DNA of 32,000 nucleotides from Wolbachia endosymbiont strain TRS of Brugia malayi (GTDB lineage Bacteria; Pseudomonadota; Alphaproteobacteria; Rickettsiales; Anaplasmataceae): NCBI RefSeq assembly GCF_000008385.1, contig NC_006833.1, positions 600,001 to 632,000 of the forward strand, read 5' to 3'. Shown piece by piece: positions 29,612 to 32,000 of this stretch (position 1 is its first letter; each line of letters starts with the position of its first letter). The notes under the pieces were generated by a model. It saw only the letters and a program-made list of their open reading frames with translations, ran no database searches and was not told where the DNA came from. The position numbers and the translations under genes were made by a program.

Positions 29612-30833
29612 AACGTAGTATCTCCGCAGGGTCTTGCGCAGCTGCCTGTAATGCAGGAGCAACTGTCGCTAGAAATGATAAGAATAATGCAAGTGCAGAA
29701 ATATTTACTATGTCTTGAGGGACTAATATTACTGGTAAACTTGAAAAAAAGTATACCATAGGATCAAGTAGCTTAACGTTAGTAATGCTTTCTAAAAATA
29801 CTCTAATATTTTCAATATTAAGAGAAAAAACAACACCTATAATACAACCAAGACAAGTTCCTGTAAACCCAATTAGTAATCCACAAATGCAAAATATGCG
29901 CATAATGCTCCCACTTGTTGCACCAAATGTGCGCATAATTGCAATCGCAGATTTTTTTTCTTGCACTATCATCATTAAATTCGAGACAATATTAAATGCC
30001 GCTACAATTATAATCAAAGTAAGAATTAAAAACATCACATTTCTTTCAGTCTCCAAAGCATTAAAATAGTGGCTCTGTTGTAATTGCCAACTTCTAGCTT
30101 CCATTCCCGTTTCTTTTTCTATAATATTTGCTAGCTCATTAGCCTTAGTAAGGTCACTCACAAATACTTCTATGTTTCTTGCACTATCTCTATAGTGAAA
30201 AAAAGCTTGTGCTGATTTTATGGGCATGTATATCAAGGTATTATCATACTCAAACATGCCCATATCAAATATCGCTATGACCTCATATTCTTTCATTCTC
30301 GGCACCTCACTAAGCAATGAATCAAACCCCTCAGATGATATAAGCACAATTTTATCTCCATAACCAACGTCCAATACTTCCGCTAAGCGTGCCCCTATTA
30401 CTACTCCTTTATCAAATTTTCTCACATCACCTACAATTACACTGTTTTTAATAGTAGTATTATTAAGCAAATCTTTAGCTGACACACCCCGCACTACAGC
30501 ACCAACAATTCTGCTATTTGCTGTAATGATAACTTGATCATTGGTCATAAGGGTTGCTTTTAATACACCTGGAATCTTCTTAACAGATTCTAATACTGTA
30601 CGGTAATCTGAATTTATGTTTCTATCAAAATAAACATTGATATGGCCATCAATGCCAAGTATTGAGTCAAGCAACCTTGCTCTAAATCCGTTCATTACAG
30701 ACATCACCACTATTAACGTTGCAACTCCAAGAGCAATACCTATAATAGAGAACAAAGTCATTGCAGAGCAAAATTTGGCATTCTTTGCTCGCAAATAGCG
30801 AACAGCCATAGTAATTTCAAAGACAATGGACAT
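29604..30833 (-). CDS. Lipoprotein-releasing ABC transporter permease (LolC/LolE family)
   Basis: 409-aa ORF with the typical start ...AVRYLRAKNAKFCSAMTLFSIIGIALGVATLIVVMSVMNGF, a periplasmic MacB-like domain and a C-terminal FtsX-type 3-TM bundle. Confidence 0.92.
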   Translation of the reverse strand: MSIVFEITMAVRYLRAKNAKFCSAMTLFSIIGIALGVATLIVVMSVMNGFRARLLDSILGIDGHINVYFDRNINSDYRTVLESVKKIPGVLKATLMTNDQVIITANSRIVGAVVRGVSAKDLLNNTTIKNSVIVGDVRKFDKGVVIGARLAEVLDVGYGDKIVLISSEGFDSLLSEVPRMKEYEVIAIFDMGMFEYDNTLIYMPIKSAQAFFHYRDSARNIEVFVSDLTKANELANIIEKETGMEARSWQLQQSHYFNALETERNVMFLILTLIIIVAAFNIVSNLMMIVQEKKSAIAIMRTFGATSGSIMRIFCICGLLIGFTGTCLGCIIGVVFSLNIENIRVFLESITNVKLLDPMVYFFSSLPVILVPQDIVNISALALFLSFLATVAPALQAAAQDPAEILRYE

Positions 30834-30949
30834 TACTTGAGATTAAATATTATATTTTTAAGATTCATATAATCGTAGACTTCCCCTTACTTAAAAACTA
30901 GGTCGCCTTTAATCTAGCAGGCTTATAGGGTATATCCAATACTTTAATA

Positions 30950-32000
30950 TTATAATCTTCCATATACATCATCTAATCTAACTATATTATTATTAGACAA
31001 AAGCTCACCTACTTGAAATTCAACTATTTCAAGTGAAGCGCTTGTGCTTCTATTTTCAATCCTATGGAAAAATTTCCTTAGAATTTCTATCACATAATCT
31101 TCTATTATAGCATGTGTTTTATTGTATAAACTAACATATCCAATTACTGACAGTACTATATGGTACTCATCCCTACAGTGATGGAACTGCCTAGAAATGT
31201 AACTTAATGGATTTATAAAAAGGCATTTTACAAGAAAATTCTCGCACATTAAAATTACACTATAAAATCCCCATGGTTTAACTTCTTTTCTTATCGCTTT
31301 TCCTTCCTTAACTCTATAATAAACGATATTAGGCTCTCATCTGAAACATTTCGCTGTTTATAAAAGCCTTACCTAGCAAATTTTCTGCATCACTTTCTGT
31401 TGTCAAAATCGGTTCTTTTTCTCTAGTTACGTATTGGGATGATACTCTGGTTCTTTATCAAACTTCTTACTTAATCCTAAAACAGAACTCCAAGTTCCAA
31501 CATCTATCTAATCAAAATTAGCTTCTATTATTGCAATATTTCTTGCTCTTTTCATCACCAAATAATCAATAGAAATGCCTTCAATTTCTACACAATCTCG
31601 TTGTTTTAAATACAGCAATCTCTCTTGTAGAGAGAAATGCTTTATACTTGCACAATACAATTATAAAAATGCAGAACATATTTTTTAGTCTCACCTATAT
31701 AGCGTTTCGCTTTAAATACAAATATGCCAGAGTTCCAGTAATGATAATTACTTAGTTTATGCTCAGGCTTTTTTATGAAATCTTTTACTACATAATATTT
31801 CTCTTTCTGATCATACACTACATCGATATAGCCGTATTCAGGATTAAACTCATGAAGTTTCACCCTAGATGTAACCATAGAGTCAGTTCAGAGGCTAGCT
31901 GAGATGCTTTCTCAACAGAAGCATAAAAATTATTTAAATCGTCTATAAAATAGATTGAAGGTAGAATTAACATTGTCTCGTTTTTATCGTAAAGAAATGC
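30950..32000 (-). pseudogene. manC: Mannose-1-phosphate guanylyltransferase / mannose-6-phosphate isomerase (ManC/RfbM type) pseudogene, 5' part beyond the window
   Basis: Family pieces lie in different frames: LILPSIYFIDDLNNFYASVEKA (about 31920-31990); PEYGYIDVVYDQKEKYYVVKDFIKKPEHKLSNYHYWNSGIFVFKAKRY (ORF 31642-31878); IDVGTWSSVLGL (about 31450-31510); and the cupin end HRIENRSTSASLEIVEFQVGELLSNNNIVRLDDVYGRL* (ORF 30950-31249). Stops and frameshifts separate them. Confidence 0.8.

Overview
AT-rich window with the gene content and repeats of a Wolbachia-like member of the Anaplasmataceae (Rickettsiales): scattered single nuo genes, an ankyrin-repeat gene, an Rpn/PD-(D/E)XK gene, and the palindromic repeat that translates as ...SSQCLTLGS.../...DPSVTHWDD.... 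The strain cannot be named from this window. About 16 intact housekeeping genes are present: pheT, dusB, serS, purD, rnj, fabI, nuoI, thrS, infC, nuoF, tRNA-Lys(UUU), an SDR oxidoreductase, a YihY-family membrane protein, a phosphohexomutase, and a LolC/E permease followed by a HemX/Mic60-like gene and a HemY-like gene. Between them lie three decay zones, roughly 7.8-11.5 kb, 17.5-18.4 plus 19.8-22.2 kb, and 23.9-26.0 plus 30.9-32.0 kb. These hold at least eight pseudogenes or mobile-element remnants: a J-like/ankyrin/TM gene, tolB, an Rpn-like nuclease, an IS110-family tail, an IS4-family element, a large coiled-coil gene, manC, and possibly the fragment at 1-253. The most interesting intact gene is a 468-aa membrane-anchored Ulp1/CE-clan cysteine protease (3702-5108, minus strand), a candidate secreted deubiquitinase or SUMO-protease-type effector that overlaps dusB. 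Other notable points are an in-frame palindromic-element insertion inside pheT, a link between that palindromic family and the end of the IS4-family element, tandem units derived from an IS110 tail at two loci, loss of tolB, and a tightly coupled lolC/E, Mic60-like, HemY-like operon. I saw no CRISPR array, rRNA, prophage module or cif-like operon.
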